From assembly GCA_038496445.1 (NCBI GenBank), contig JALMLS010000621.1, positions 62,001 through 126,000 of the forward strand: DNA of 64,000 bases, written 5' to 3'. This document shows positions 51,202-64,000 of this stretch, in pieces. The position numbers and the translations under genes are program-made. The notes beneath the pieces were generated by a model. That model did no database searches. It was not told where the DNA came from and saw only the letters and a program-made list of their open reading frames with translations. Every line of letters starts with the position of its first letter. Position 1 is the first letter of the stretch. The stretch comes from Trichosphaerium sp. ATCC 40318 (taxonomy: Eukaryota > Protista > Tubulinea).

Positions 51202-53421
51202 ATGCAATTTTTTGGCGCACAGAGGGCATTGTACATGGTCGTAAAGCCGTTATGACTAATTGCAGTTTGTATCTCAGTGAAAACGCAAAGAATTTATCAA
51301 AAGAACAAGCAAACGCCCGTCGTCTCATCCATGGTTCGGTAGAACACAATTTGCGGGAATTTTTGTATTTAGATGGCACCTCGGAGCTACGATTATGGCT
51401 ATGCAGTTCTCTTAGCGTAATTAAGGTTGTTCTCAATACCGTTAACGATTTTTAACCCTCTACTAGCTGAAGGACAGGCATAAGGTGGATATAGTCAAAG
51501 GGGCATTACTCGACGCGTCAGACGCTTCCCTGGAACAAATATTGCTGGTAAAGTGACACTTTACACCTAAACCACAAGGACGCCATACTGACGTTGGCAT
51601 AGAAAATGTGCGGCGTTATGGAGGATAAGATTGGACGAGTGCTTGCCACTGAACCAAGATTATTTCAAAAATACTTTAAGGGCGACAAGGCGAGAATGTT
51701 AAAGTGGTTTGACTGGTTTTACGTCGATGACGACCAAAGTAAGAGAAATCAGCCTTTCCAGTATGGTGCTGATGCAATTGAAAAATTCGGGTTTGCGCAT
51801 CGAGATGAGAGCTGGGACGACACCATGAGATGGGATTCTCATAGACCTATAACACCTGTATCTGCTGCGCGGCAGCGACAACTATTTATGCATTTGAACG
51901 TCTATAAAACTGTCAAAAAACTCATCAAATGTACGTGCCCCTTTGGTTTATCACGTGACCTGAATGAGAAATAGCAAACAAAAAAACTAGAAGACGAGAA
52001 AAAAATGTCTTTTTTTTTTTTGCCTTTTTGTTTCTTCTTAGCTTTTCCATCGCCACTAACCCTTTGTGTGGTTACAGATGATAGATTTTGGGAATCAGAA
52101 GATTTCTTAAACACTGTAAGGGATGGGAAGTTCTTATCTGTGCTGGACAAGATGTACTTCGTACAGTACGCTCAATCCAACGGTTTCTGTTCTTTTTTGC
52201 TTATCTGTGCGTTTTAGAATAATGCTTAGTGAATACCGTCGGAATGACCGCTCTTATATTGGTCGCAAAGTAGATCAATTATTTGATGATTATATCGCAT
52301 CTTGCGATGTTGGTGAAGTGCTATCTGATTTACTAATGACGCTCACTGTAGAACAATCTGTTCATATTGTAAAGCGCTTACATAGACTCCATGATAACCC
52401 TAGAACAGACGTACGTTAAACATCCCACTATCAGAAAACTGTTGTGTCCATATTCTATGAAACGATCTTTTTCAAGTTAACTAAATGCAGTATCCCAATT
52501 TTCTTTTTTTTACGAAGTTTTTCTCATGCAGTTATAGGTAATAACTCGAATCCTTGGTTGTATTCTTGGACGTGAAAACAATGATAGTATATCTGAGAAG
52601 TGGGATAAATTGTTACTATTTAACGCGCTAACACCTCAACACCGTCATAAAGTCATTTATGCCATTGTGCGTATTTTCTTGTTAAGTTTTCAAACCATGT
52701 GAACTTCAATACAATCAACAACCAATCAAAACATTTTGTGTCAACAAATCAGCACTAGTAATTCTCGTATTACAAGTTGTGGCATAAATAGCGCTTTGAG
52801 AGTTATTTTTATTTTACAAACAATCACGTGATTGTGTGACTTTTTTTTGCTTATTTTATTTTTACCTAGTTTCATGATGATTCACAAACACCGGTGTATA
52901 ACAAGTTTAATACTCTGCATGGTGATCCAAAGGTTGATAGTTGTCAACATTACGCTTTAAAAAAAGAGGTGTTGTCCGTCACTAGTTCGAAACAATCTCA
53001 TGGTGGTGATTATAACGCTCTCAAGTTTTTTTTGATTGAGTCTGTAATTCTAGAATACCGGCTTACAAAATTCGCTACAGACAAGTCTTCTTATGATGAT
53101 ATTCTTAAAGAGAATAGTTTAATTGTTACGCCGTATTATCAAGAAGCAGTCAGTACACACAAAAAAAAGAGACGTAAAAAAGATAAAGGAAAGAAAAAAA
53201 AACACAAAAGATGGTCGGGTGATGACGGGTCATCTGATAGAGATACTAAAACATTTGATGGATGGCATTTAAATTTTATAGATGAGAATATTGGAAAGCG
53301 TAATTCTACCTCAAGAAAAAGAGAAATAGGCGCTACACGTCCTCGAGTTGTTGGGATTTCTGAGATGCCTTGTATTTTAGCAACTTATTTTTTTAATGTA
53401 CAGTTTTTGTATAAACAATAA
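51202..53421 (+). CDS. Conserved hypothetical protein (resembles an uncharacterized family seen in plants), Lys-rich C-terminal tract
   Basis: Spliceable exons with SELRLWLCSSLS, LKWFDWF...YGADAIEKFGFAHRDESWDDTMRW...LNVYKTVKKLI, FWESEDFLNTVRDGKFLSVLD and KKKRRKKDKGKKKKHKR. The start codon is inferred via a 35-bp intron at 51231-51265. Confidence 0.65.
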
Positions 53422-53969
53422 AAGACACGAACTATCTTTTTTTCAAACAAAAAAATGTCACCCCCTTTTAATTCCTTTGGATCCTATGTATGAGTGGTAC
53501 AATATGTGTCCGGAAAATTCGGTAGTCCTTTTTTCTATACATAGTAACGTAAGATAACTTTTCCGACAAAAATGAAAAAAAAAAAATCTACAAAAAGATT
53601 TTCGGAGTTGTCTTGCATTTATTTCAAGTATTTTTCTGCGCAAAGTGCTTTAATAGATATATGTGATGTATAAAGATATATGTTCGCAAATTGTACACAA
53701 TATTAGGGCTGGATAGTTTGTGAAAAAAACACTAAAGAAAGAAGAACTAGAGTTTTTTTTTTTGTGAATGTATTTTTTGACCATTTGCAGTAGCCTTTGT
53801 GTAAATTTACTCGGCCGGAGTTGAAGATATGTGTGAATACGTATGTACTTGTATTATATCTTTTACATGTCCTTATTACAAGTTTATTCTTTTTTCAGTT
53901 TGTGTTGCTGTTACCCTTTTTGTGTGTACGTTTTCAAATTTAATTAAATCTCTACAGTTAACCACTCAG

Positions 53970-56900
53970 ATGTTTCAAAGCGAAGCTCCTATGCTTACAC
54001 TGTTAGCAACGCTGTTAATTCTGTGTAGAGTTAACGCTCAAATAAGCGGTATAGTATACCGTGACTATGATTTTGACGGCAGAAGAGACGCTCTAGAGCC
54101 AGGTATGTAAGGTAACAATAGGCTAATTAACTTTCCGGAGGTATCTCTATGGTGGATCTTGACCTTTTCGACGGCAACAATATGAATGTTGGATCTGCTA
54201 CAACCGATTCCAACGGCGCCTACAGCATTTCAGTTGTAGCTGGTAAACCCGTTTTGTCACGTGACACCAAATATTTTTAACTTTGGTTAGGAGTGTACAG
54301 ACTAGAAGTATCGAACAGTCCAGCACTGTTCACCCATTCCTCTTCAACGAACAATGACGGAGGACCTGTTTTTTCAACAACACATGTATTTTCGGCTCCT
54401 ACAACTAGTGCTGATATTCCTCTATCTGCACCTCATGACTATTGTGTTGGTGATATTGTAGATGGAGTCAGAGCACAATTTGATGTCGTCACCACATGCT
54501 TTGTAGCAGGTTAGTTGAACTGTTCGCTTCTCGCAAAAAGTTCTAACAATTACTGGGTAGGTGATCAAACTACTGCGGAGTCAACGATAGTTTTAAAACC
54601 AAACACTGCCGGCACAATGGACTTTTTTGATTTTGCAGCCGGTTCAGAAGATTTTACAACGGATGTATGTACAGATGTACAGACAGGACCTGTTTGGGGG
54701 GTTGCCTATTCACGACTTACAAGGCAGTTATATCTAAGTAAGTCGCCACCATGCAGAATGATTATTTGGGCTTATACTAAATAGGTTCGTTTCAAAAGAC
54801 GCATGCTGGGTATACTGTTGGTCAGACACCATCCACCATTTATAGGCTTGACACTAGAGCCGGAGTAACATGTAACATTGTACAGAACATTGACATGGCA
54901 GCGTTTGGATTCCCGGCTACTGACTTGGCGCCGAACCAATTGCATAATGTCGCAGACTATTCAATTGATTCAATTGCTATACCGCTTATTGGCAAGCATG
55001 GGTTCGGGGCTATGGATATAAGTGATATCGAAGACTTCCTTTACGTTGTAAACTTATTTTCCAGGACAGTTATTCGTATTGGCCTTGGTACGCAGCCTCA
55101 CGGTTTTTTTTTTGGTGTTCTCAGCTTTCAAACAAAAACCCAAAGTCCGTATCTTGTAAATTTTAAATCACACTCTTTTTAGAAGTCTCTGCCATGCCTA
55201 GACTTATCGAAGCGAGTGATATCATCGCAAAAGCTATACCGGATCCAGGTACAAACAAAACCCCACATGTTAGCTCGCGCACCTTGATAAACACGTTTTA
55301 GGTGCATCATGTGTATTTGATATGGCAACGCCTGTTAACGTATTGAACTTGAATGTTCGCCCTTACGCCATTAAGTGCGTCTTTTATTTTTTTTTACTAA
55401 CAACAATACCTTATAAACGCTCTAAAAGCACTACAAACCATGTTTGTTTGCTACCTGAAAACATCAAGTTTTGTTCAAAAACAAAACATTTTGGCTAACA
55501 AAAGACCGTATTTAGATACAATGAGGGTGTCTTATACCTCGGTATGGTTTGTACTGCCGAAACAACTAATTTGCGCTCTGACTTGAGGTACTACGTGTAC
55601 ACTACTCCAGCAGACGACTTTGGTGCGCCTGGGCCAGTAACTTGGACCAAGGTAAATTTTAATCTTTTCTCTTCATTTTGAAGTTCGCTAAGCGTTTTAA
55701 CATTAGATTGTGGACGAAGGAATGGACTACGATCGTCAACCTGCTCTGCAATGTGGTTCCTCAGGTATCCCAGCCCAGGAGCATATTCAATGGAATGCAT
55801 GGACGGAAACTTTTTTAGCTCCTGAATGTTTCGAAGAAGGTACTGTATCTCTCCTTTTGGCTATTAACACCTAGCTTTTTTTTTAATTTTATCACGTGAC
55901 TTTTTTTTTTTTCAAATTTTTTCTCAACCTATGATTAGTGGCACATCCGCAACCTATACTAGCAGGCATTGAGTTTGATGAAACAGGGAACATGATTCTG
56001 GGATTTCAAGATAGATTTGGAAGTCAAGCAGGAGATTATAGTGTCGACGTAGTTGGCGATATTGGCGGGGACGCACTCTGTTTTTCATACGACAGTGGCA
56101 ATGGTACTACACACATTTATTAGATCTGTTTGAATAATTTTTACCGTTGACGCGTTGTGTAGACATTTGGATAAGAGAAAGTGGACTTGGTGGTCCCGCA
56201 ACTTGCGGTAGTAACACAGCAAATATAGCAAGTGGTCTTGGACCTGATGGCGGCAGTGAATTTTTCTACGGTGACGTTTACACTGATTCTAATGGCGCCG
56301 GCTTTCATCAAGAAACTTTTCAAGGTGGCTTGGTAACTGTTCTTGGTGGGTATCTTTTTCACAATTTTATTATTTTTCTTTTTTCAAGGCATCACCAATA
56401 TTGGTTGATTTTTACTCTTTGATTTCTTCTTTCGTATTTTATTATTATTTACAATGAGTTTGGTATACATACATTATTACGACTTCTAAATTAAATCATA
56501 TGCTGAGCCTTTTTTTTTTTCAATAATTATTTTCCAATAAAATCTGGTCTGATTGAGTATAGGAACTGGCGAGCTTATAATGCCAGCGATGGACCCTCTT
56601 GATGGAAATTCCGGTGCTTTCTCAGGTGGTATTACAAATCAGCAGTCCAGGTATTTTTATACATGGTTGACTAGCTTGGATTAGACAGTTACTCTGTATC
56701 TGAAAAATAATTTTATTTACGTTTTAACTACAACACATCTACTCTGTATAGCCAGAATTTAATTTTTCAGAGTAAACGTATAGGATCAATCAAAAACCAA
56801 CCTTTATTTTTATCGAAATACAGAGTAAACTTACAGAATCAATCAGTATTTTCTCTTAATATTTTTGACAAAATTCAGGGATGGACAAAAAGTACTTTCC

Positions 56901-59900
56901 TATCTATTATATACAGGCGGCAATACTGGTATTTTTTTTGCGAAATCTACAGGTGTGGGGGAGGTAGAACCAATATGTGATCCTCCACCATCACAAATCG
57001 GCAACTACATTTGGATTGACACTGATTGTGATGGTATTCAAGATCCAAACGAGTCAGGTCCTGATGGCGTCATTGTTACGTTAAATCGTAATGACGGTAG
57101 CCCATTAGTAACTTCAGTTACTTCGAATGGCGGGTGCGAACACTCTAAATATATTATTAAATATGTCTCTTACTTTACACCAGCTACTTTGGATTGACAT
57201 CTCCTGATCCAATATTTTCGCCTGTCAGTTGGACAATTACCGTGGATATGACACAAGCAAACTTACAAATGCCTGACGTTTCTAATTTTGTGTCAGCATT
57301 GAACGCTGGAACAAATGATCGTCATGATAACGATTTTGTATTAGGTGTCAATGCTGTAGCGTCCGTAGATGTTTTAGTACCTACAACAGGGTACAGAAAT
57401 CACAACATTGATCTTGGGGTTTGTCATGGAATACCACCAACGACGTTGCCACCAACGACATCGCCACCAACTACAGAACCACCGACAACCGAGCCACCAA
57501 CAACATCGCCACCGACTACAGAACCACCAACAACCGAACCACCAACTACTGCGCCGCCAACAACTGAGCCACCAACTACTATGCCCCCAACCACAGAACC
57601 ACCGACAACTATGGCACCAACACGTGCGTCTAAAAATAAAAATCAATATTGATTTTTTATCAATTAAACAAAATACTTAGATCCGCCTGTACTCATTGGT
57701 GATTATGTGTTCCTTGATGTTAACAATAATGGCATACAAGGTACGCTACTTTAGGTCCAAGACAACTAAAATATTAATAGATGCTGGTGATGAACCTATT
57801 CCTGGACGTATCGTTGTTATTATTGATCTGTTAGGTGTAGAAATTGAAAGAACTACAACAGATATGTCTGGCTTGTACTATCTGGATGATAATGCTCTTG
57901 ATCCTCTTACTGAATACTCCGTGTGCATACCTGTTCTTGCTGGCGAGATTTTATCACCAACAAGAGTTGGCTCTGATATATCCATAGACTCTGATGGTAC
58001 TCAAGGCAGCTACGACTTTGATGGCGATTCTACATCTGATTTCGCATCTTGTCGCGACATTCGCACTCCTGCCTTCAAAATCAGTGACTTCACACTTGAT
58101 TTCGGTATTGTTCGACCTCAACAAGCTCTTGGAGATCAAGTATTTTTGGACGAAAATAGAAACGGCATATTCGGTACATGCAATAAAACCAAAACACGTG
58201 ATTAAAAGGATTGTTCTCACATTTTTCTTGATTTAGATATGGGTGACACACCAATTAACGGTGCAGATATTGTTTTGTTGGACATGAATGGTATGAGAGT
58301 AGCCATCACGTCTTCAGATCCAATGGGTATCTTTACTTTCGATACAATGGATGGCGTACTGCCTGACACCTCATACACCATTTGTGTTCGCATACGCATG
58401 TTCGATGAGCCAACTGCGATAAACGCTGGTGTAGACGATAACATCGACTCTGATGGCGTGTTGAGTATGGCTGACTTTACAACACCTCCTAATGGCATGA
58501 CTGAACCGGCTTCATGTGTTGGTATTGTACGTGCTATTAAACATCAACTTTTCACTCACAAAAGTTGTTTAGATGTCTCCTGCTCTGGGTATTGACAATC
58601 GAACAATCGGATTTGGATTTATCATCATGCCAGTGGCTATTGGCAATTACGTGTTTTTTGATGTGAACGCAGACGGTCTCCAAGATGGCACAGATATTCC
58701 TGTTTCAATGAGAACTGTTGTCGTACTTCTACCTGGTGGCACTGAAGTATCAAGAACAACAACTGATATATCCGGTGCATACTCATTTGCAACACCTTTA
58801 ATAGAACCAGCAACAGATTATCTTGTTTGTGTACAACTCATCACAAACGAAGCTTCAACTTCAACAACTGCGGGTATCGATTCCACCATCGACTCTGATG
58901 GCAGTGACTCCATGTTTGATTTTGATGGAGACATGATGGGTGATCCAGCATCTTGCACATTAATTGTACGTTAATAGTTCATTTTCACTCAGTTCTAACA
59001 ATACCCACAGAGATCACCAATACCAGGCCAGACTGATATTACGATCGATTTCGGTTTGTTGACATTAGACATCGAACTCGGTGATTATGTGTTTTTCGAT
59101 ACCAACAGAGATGGTATTCAAGGTAAACAGAAAAATAATTATTGTTATCAAAACAAAATAACATGTGCTTAGATATGACTGATGTTCCAATCATTGGTGC
59201 CACTGTGGTGTTAATACAGGGTGGACTGGAAGTCAACCGCACTATAACAGACTCGGACGGGCTGTACTTATTTAACACAATGTCTGGTGTTGAAGCTAGC
59301 ATGCCATATGTGATTTGCACTACGATTAGAGCTGATGAAGAACCCACCACTGCCAATCAAGGTCCCTCGGATATGCGTGATTCAGATGGATTCATTGACT
59401 CATATGACTTTGATAATGACATGGTGCTCAGACCTGCATCGTGCGCTAGTGTCGTAAGCTGTTTTATAAAACTGACTTTATTTGTATTAAGTATTTTGTC
59501 TTAGACTGCACCGTTATTAGACGAGTCCGATCTAACAATAGATTTTGGATTTGTTGCTCAAACCATCACGATGGGTGATAGAGTCTTCTTTGACATCAAT
59601 AACGATGGCATTCAAGGTACAATTAAAAATGCAATTTTGATTGAATGTTCTTTTTTATTTTTGTCACTTATGAACGTTTAGATTCCGGTGATGTTCCTGT
59701 TCAAACTCGCACTGTCGTTATATTTGAGACTGGCGGTAGCGGCCTTGAGATTGCTAGAACAACTACAGACTCATCTGGATTGTTTACATTCGACACTTTT
59801 GATGGCATTAGTCCAAGCACACTTTATACCATATGTGTACAAATCGTATTGGGAGAGCTACCAACAACAGCGAACCAAGGTTCTGATGACATGATTGATT

Positions 59901-62900
59901 CTGATGGTAGTTTATCATCCTTTGATTTTAACATGGACACAGTTCAAGAAGACGCCAGTTGTGTATCTGTTGTGCGTTGTTTTGAATTCCGCTCTTTATC
60001 CAATGCTGATTTTTTGTTCAAATTAGATGAGTCCTGTTCTTGGTACAACAAACTTGGACATTGATTTTGGTCTTATCACCCCAGATCAATTTATTGGTGA
60101 CTTTATTTTCACTGACGTAAACAGAGATGGTCTTCAAGGTATGTCTTGGAGCAAACCCCAACTTTCATTGATGTTTGTAACGTTGTTATCTTTAGATGGT
60201 GGAGACACACCTATAGCCATGAATCCTGTAGTGTTATTTGACAGTATGAGTGCGCGTGTTAGCAGTACAAATTCGAACAACCTTGGATTTTACATGTTTG
60301 GTACAATCGATGGATTGGATCCCAGCACATTGTACACTATCTGTACATTGATCCCAGATGTACACAACCCAGCAACAACTTCAGTGGGTTCAGACGGGAC
60401 AATTGATTCCGATGGTGTTCTACGTATGGTTGATGTATCCATACCACCTGATGGCATGCCTGATAGGGCTTCATGTCTTGATTTTGTACGTATTCGTTTA
60501 TTTGTCATTTCTCGTTCATAACAGCTCATCCCCTTTTTTTAGACATCGCCATTCACTGGAGTTAACAACTTGAACTACGATTTCGGATTTGTAGAACAAC
60601 CAAGTGTCATTGAAGGATTTGTATTTTTCGATGAAGACGGTGCTGCAATCCAAGATATGTTTGACACACCTGTCATGATGAGACAGGTTGTATTGTTGTT
60701 TGGTGGGATGGAAGTAGCGAGAACCGATACTGACGGTTCTGGTATTTTCACATTCGACACAGATACTGGTGTCATTGCGAACGAGATGTACGAGATATGT
60801 GTCTTATTGCTTCCAAGCGAACTTCCATCAAATGCAAATCAAGGACCGAGCGATGCTCGTGACTCTGATGGATTATTGTCATCATATGATTTTACAGTTC
60901 CTCAAGATGCCACCCTGGAACCAGCTTCCTGTGCATCACTCGTACGTTTGTAGCACACGTTTGTTGATTGTTGATGTATTTAGACTGCTCCTGGACCCGC
61001 CATGACACATGATACAACTGACTTTGGTATCGCAAGACAAGATGTTGGTGACTTCATCTTCTTTGATGTGAATTCTGATGGTATCCAGCAAGGTAAACAT
61101 CATTCCACCATACACATCTTTTCTTATTTTTCTCAGGATCCGATACTCCAATTCAAGGACAGACGGTCGTCATCTTCCGTAGTGACGGAACTGAGCTTGC
61201 ACGTACCGTGTCAGATATTGACGGACTGTACTCATTCAACCTGGCTGATGGTGTCATGCCAAACACGCCTTACACCATTTGTGTTGCGATACGATTTGGT
61301 GAAGAACCAACACAAGCCAACCAAGGTCCAAGTGACGCTCAGGACTCTGATGGATCTCTTCAAGCGGATTTCTTTGATTTTGATGGCAATGGTGTACTTG
61401 ATGATGCATCATGTGCCAACCTTGTACGAGTTTCTTACAGTTATAAATCTAAAATGAACTACCCTCCTGTAGATGTCAGCTGATTTGGGTATCACCGACT
61501 TCACAACTGATTTTGGATTTGTAAATATTGAAATTGTTACGATTGGAAACTTTGTGTTCCTTGATAGCAATAGAGATGGTCTTCAAGGTAACGTTGAAGA
61601 TAAACTTGGTTTTCTTTATTTGTTTAATTTCTGATTAGATGCCATGGATGTCGCTATTCAAGGTGCTGATGTTGTTATAATCGATATGGCAGATGCTGTA
61701 GTTGCGAGAACCATCACAGATGTGAATGGCAATTACGACTTTAATACATTCGATGGCATTCAACCAAACGCAGACTACATCATTTGTGTTTCAATCAGGG
61801 CTGGAGAGCAACCCACATTGAATGATATTGGCATGGATGATACAAGTGACTCAGATGGTGTCCTTGATGCTTTCGACTTTGATGGAGACATGATCGATGA
61901 ACCTGCCTCTTGCAATCCTGTTGTAAGTTGTTTTTTCGATATGAAACACGTTATTTACTTGTTTCTAATCCATCCTAAATAGACAACTCCAAGCCTCAGT
62001 AGTTCTGATCTATCATTTGACTTTGGATTTATTCCACAAACAATATCAATTGGTGACTTTGTTTTCTTTGATAACAACGAAGACGGCCTTCAAGGTTTGT
62101 ATTTTGTTTGTCTTATGTTTAAACAATATTGCATTTGCTTATTTCTGTTTGGTAGATCCTGGAGATGTTGGGGTACAGATGAGACAGGTTGTTATTTTAA
62201 ATACAAACGACAGAAGTCTCGTATCTACAACGACTTCGAGGATTACAGGATCTTATGAATTCAATACAATTGATGACAACATTGTACCAAACACGAATTA
62301 CATTATCTGTGTTCCATTGTTGGTCGGCGAACTAGCTTCTCCAAGTGGTGCTGGAATGGATCCAATTGATGATTCTAATGGAGTGCCAAGTTCATTTGAT
62401 TTTGATGGTGACTCTGTTGCAGAACCAGCCTCATGTGCTTCAGTCGTATGTCATTTTTTGGTTTTGTTTTGATTACTTTTCTTACAACTTTGTAGACAAG
62501 TCCAGCGCTTGGTGATACTGACATAACCATTGATTTGGGTATCACCACACCAACGCAGTTTGTTGGTAACTTTATATTTTTTGATGCGAACGGTAATGGC
62601 ATTCAAGGTACAACTTAACTGAAAGCCTTTAGTTTCATTCAAATTCATTGTACGCCCCTTTATAACTCCTTTACCAAGATGCTGTTGATATGCCTCTCGC
62701 CAACTACGACGTGATACTATACTCTAGTGCAGGGATGGAAATATTGAGAAAGACAACTGACATGAACGGTATTTACACGTTCGATACAAGTGAGGGAATA
62801 GCACCAGATACTCAATACACCATTTGCACTCCACTTCCAACTGACCAAGATCCTTCAACTGCAAACCAAGGTGCTGATGATACCATTGACTCTGATGGTG

Positions 62901-64000
62901 TTATACGTACATTGGATTTATCGAATCCACCAGACATGATGCTAGATCGTGCATCTTGCATTGACCTTGTACGACCTATTTTTTTCTTACTTAAAAGCAC
63001 TTTAGTTGATTATTTTATTTTTTAGGTTTCACCTAGTACTGGCATGTCTAACATGAACTATGACTTTGGTTTTATATCTCGAACTATTACCATAACCCCT
63101 AATGTGTTTTCTGATGCCGTCAATGAAAATGGTATTCAAGATGCCATGGATTCTCCTCTTCCTGGACGGAATGTGGTCATACTACTTCCTGATGGAACAG
63201 AGATTGTACGACGTATGACTGACAGTATGGGCATGGCAACGTTCGGTACAGCAGACGGTCTTCTCCAAACAACGCAATACATCATGTGTGTCGAACTGTT
63301 GATCACAGAATCTTCAACCACCATAAATGTTGGTGCTGACGACACTATCGATTCTGATGGTGATTCTCGTACTTTTGACTTTAACATGGATGGTTCAAAC
63401 GATCCTGCTTCATGTGTTGATTTTGTACGTCTTTTTACCTTTTGGTCTTATTTTATTAATCTGATTTAGACATCGCCTATGCCTGGCGTTACTGACGACA
63501 CCATTGACTTTGGCGTGGTGACACCTGAGATTGTCATTGGCGATCTTGTCTTTTCTGACGTGAACACGAACGGAATTAAGGGTACCTGTCTTAGCTCAAC
63601 TTTTGCTTGCAAAAATAACACCTCTGCACTTTAGATCCTTCTGATCCTGGCATTGCATCTCATCCAGTTGTGTTACTTAGATCTGATGGCACTGAACTTG
63701 TTCGTACAATGACAGATTCAATGGGTATCTACTCATTCACAACTGCTGATGGTCTTCTCCCAAATACAGCTTACACTCTATGTTCTCCAATCATACCAAA
63801 TGAAGAAGTCGCTTCTCCAAATCAAGGAGCAAGTGATGATAATGACTCTGATGGTATTTTCAATACTGCGTTTTTCGATTTTGATGGAGACATGATATTT
63901 GATGATGCTTCATGTATTTCCATCGTACGCCACACCAAACGAATAACTTGGGTATTCCTACTAACAACTCTTCAACAGACATCACCTGATCTTGGTGTTA
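53970..64000 (+). CDS. Giant secreted SdrD-B-like repeat protein, paralog B; 3'-truncated by window
   Basis: MFQSEAPMLTLLATLLILCRVNA (signal peptide), then QISGIVYRDYDFDGRRDALEPG. Head is colinear with gene A's, followed by a short PPTTE linker and 13 repeats matching repeats 1-13 of gene A. Confidence 0.88.
57431..57622 (+). repeat. (PPTTE)n mucin-like linker of gene B, ~12 units
   Basis: ORF 57194-57652: IPPTTLPPTTSPPTTEPPTTE...MAPT. Confidence 0.9.
57680..64000 (+). repeat. Right arm of long inverted repeat (matches ~33552-27207 in reverse); 13 SdrD-B-like units
   Basis: ORF 60570-60953 equals ORF 30228-30632 over its length, ORF 63044-63469 is near-identical to 27727-28152, and several introns are shared almost verbatim. 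Confidence 0.9.

Noticed and set aside
53970-64000. Gene B as merely an allelic or assembly duplicate of gene A
   Set aside because: The head, signal peptide, linker length and many introns differ substantially, so B is a true paralog. Local collapse within the shared stalk cannot be excluded without reads.

Overview
AT-rich eukaryotic genomic DNA with many short (mostly ~40-60 bp) GT-AG introns. It is most likely from an amoebozoan, since it carries a RacC-like GTPase and a Dictyostelium-style SCAR. The window is dominated by two divergently oriented paralogous genes for giant secreted proteins built from bacterial-type SdrD-B/Cna-B-like repeats. Gene A (37666->8567, minus strand, complete, roughly 7,500 aa by estimate) encodes a signal peptide, a bacterial-type head, a PPTTE mucin-like linker, ~49 tandem Ca-binding repeats arranged as a 5-domain super-repeat, and a C-terminal GDPH-bearing VWD-like domain. 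Gene B (53970->beyond 64000, plus strand) has a clearly diverged head but a stalk near-identical to A's, so the two stalks form a >6 kb inverted repeat around a ~24 kb central segment. Between the two start codons lie decayed MORN/F-box-like fragments, SCAR/WAVE, MRT4 (with a complete Rac gene nested antisense in one intron), a degenerate Cdc123-like ATP-grasp gene and a conserved hypothetical gene. The left end has a pseudokinase fragment and a DH-PH RhoGEF. Exon boundaries and counts were read by eye, and family names come from motif recognition, not database searches.
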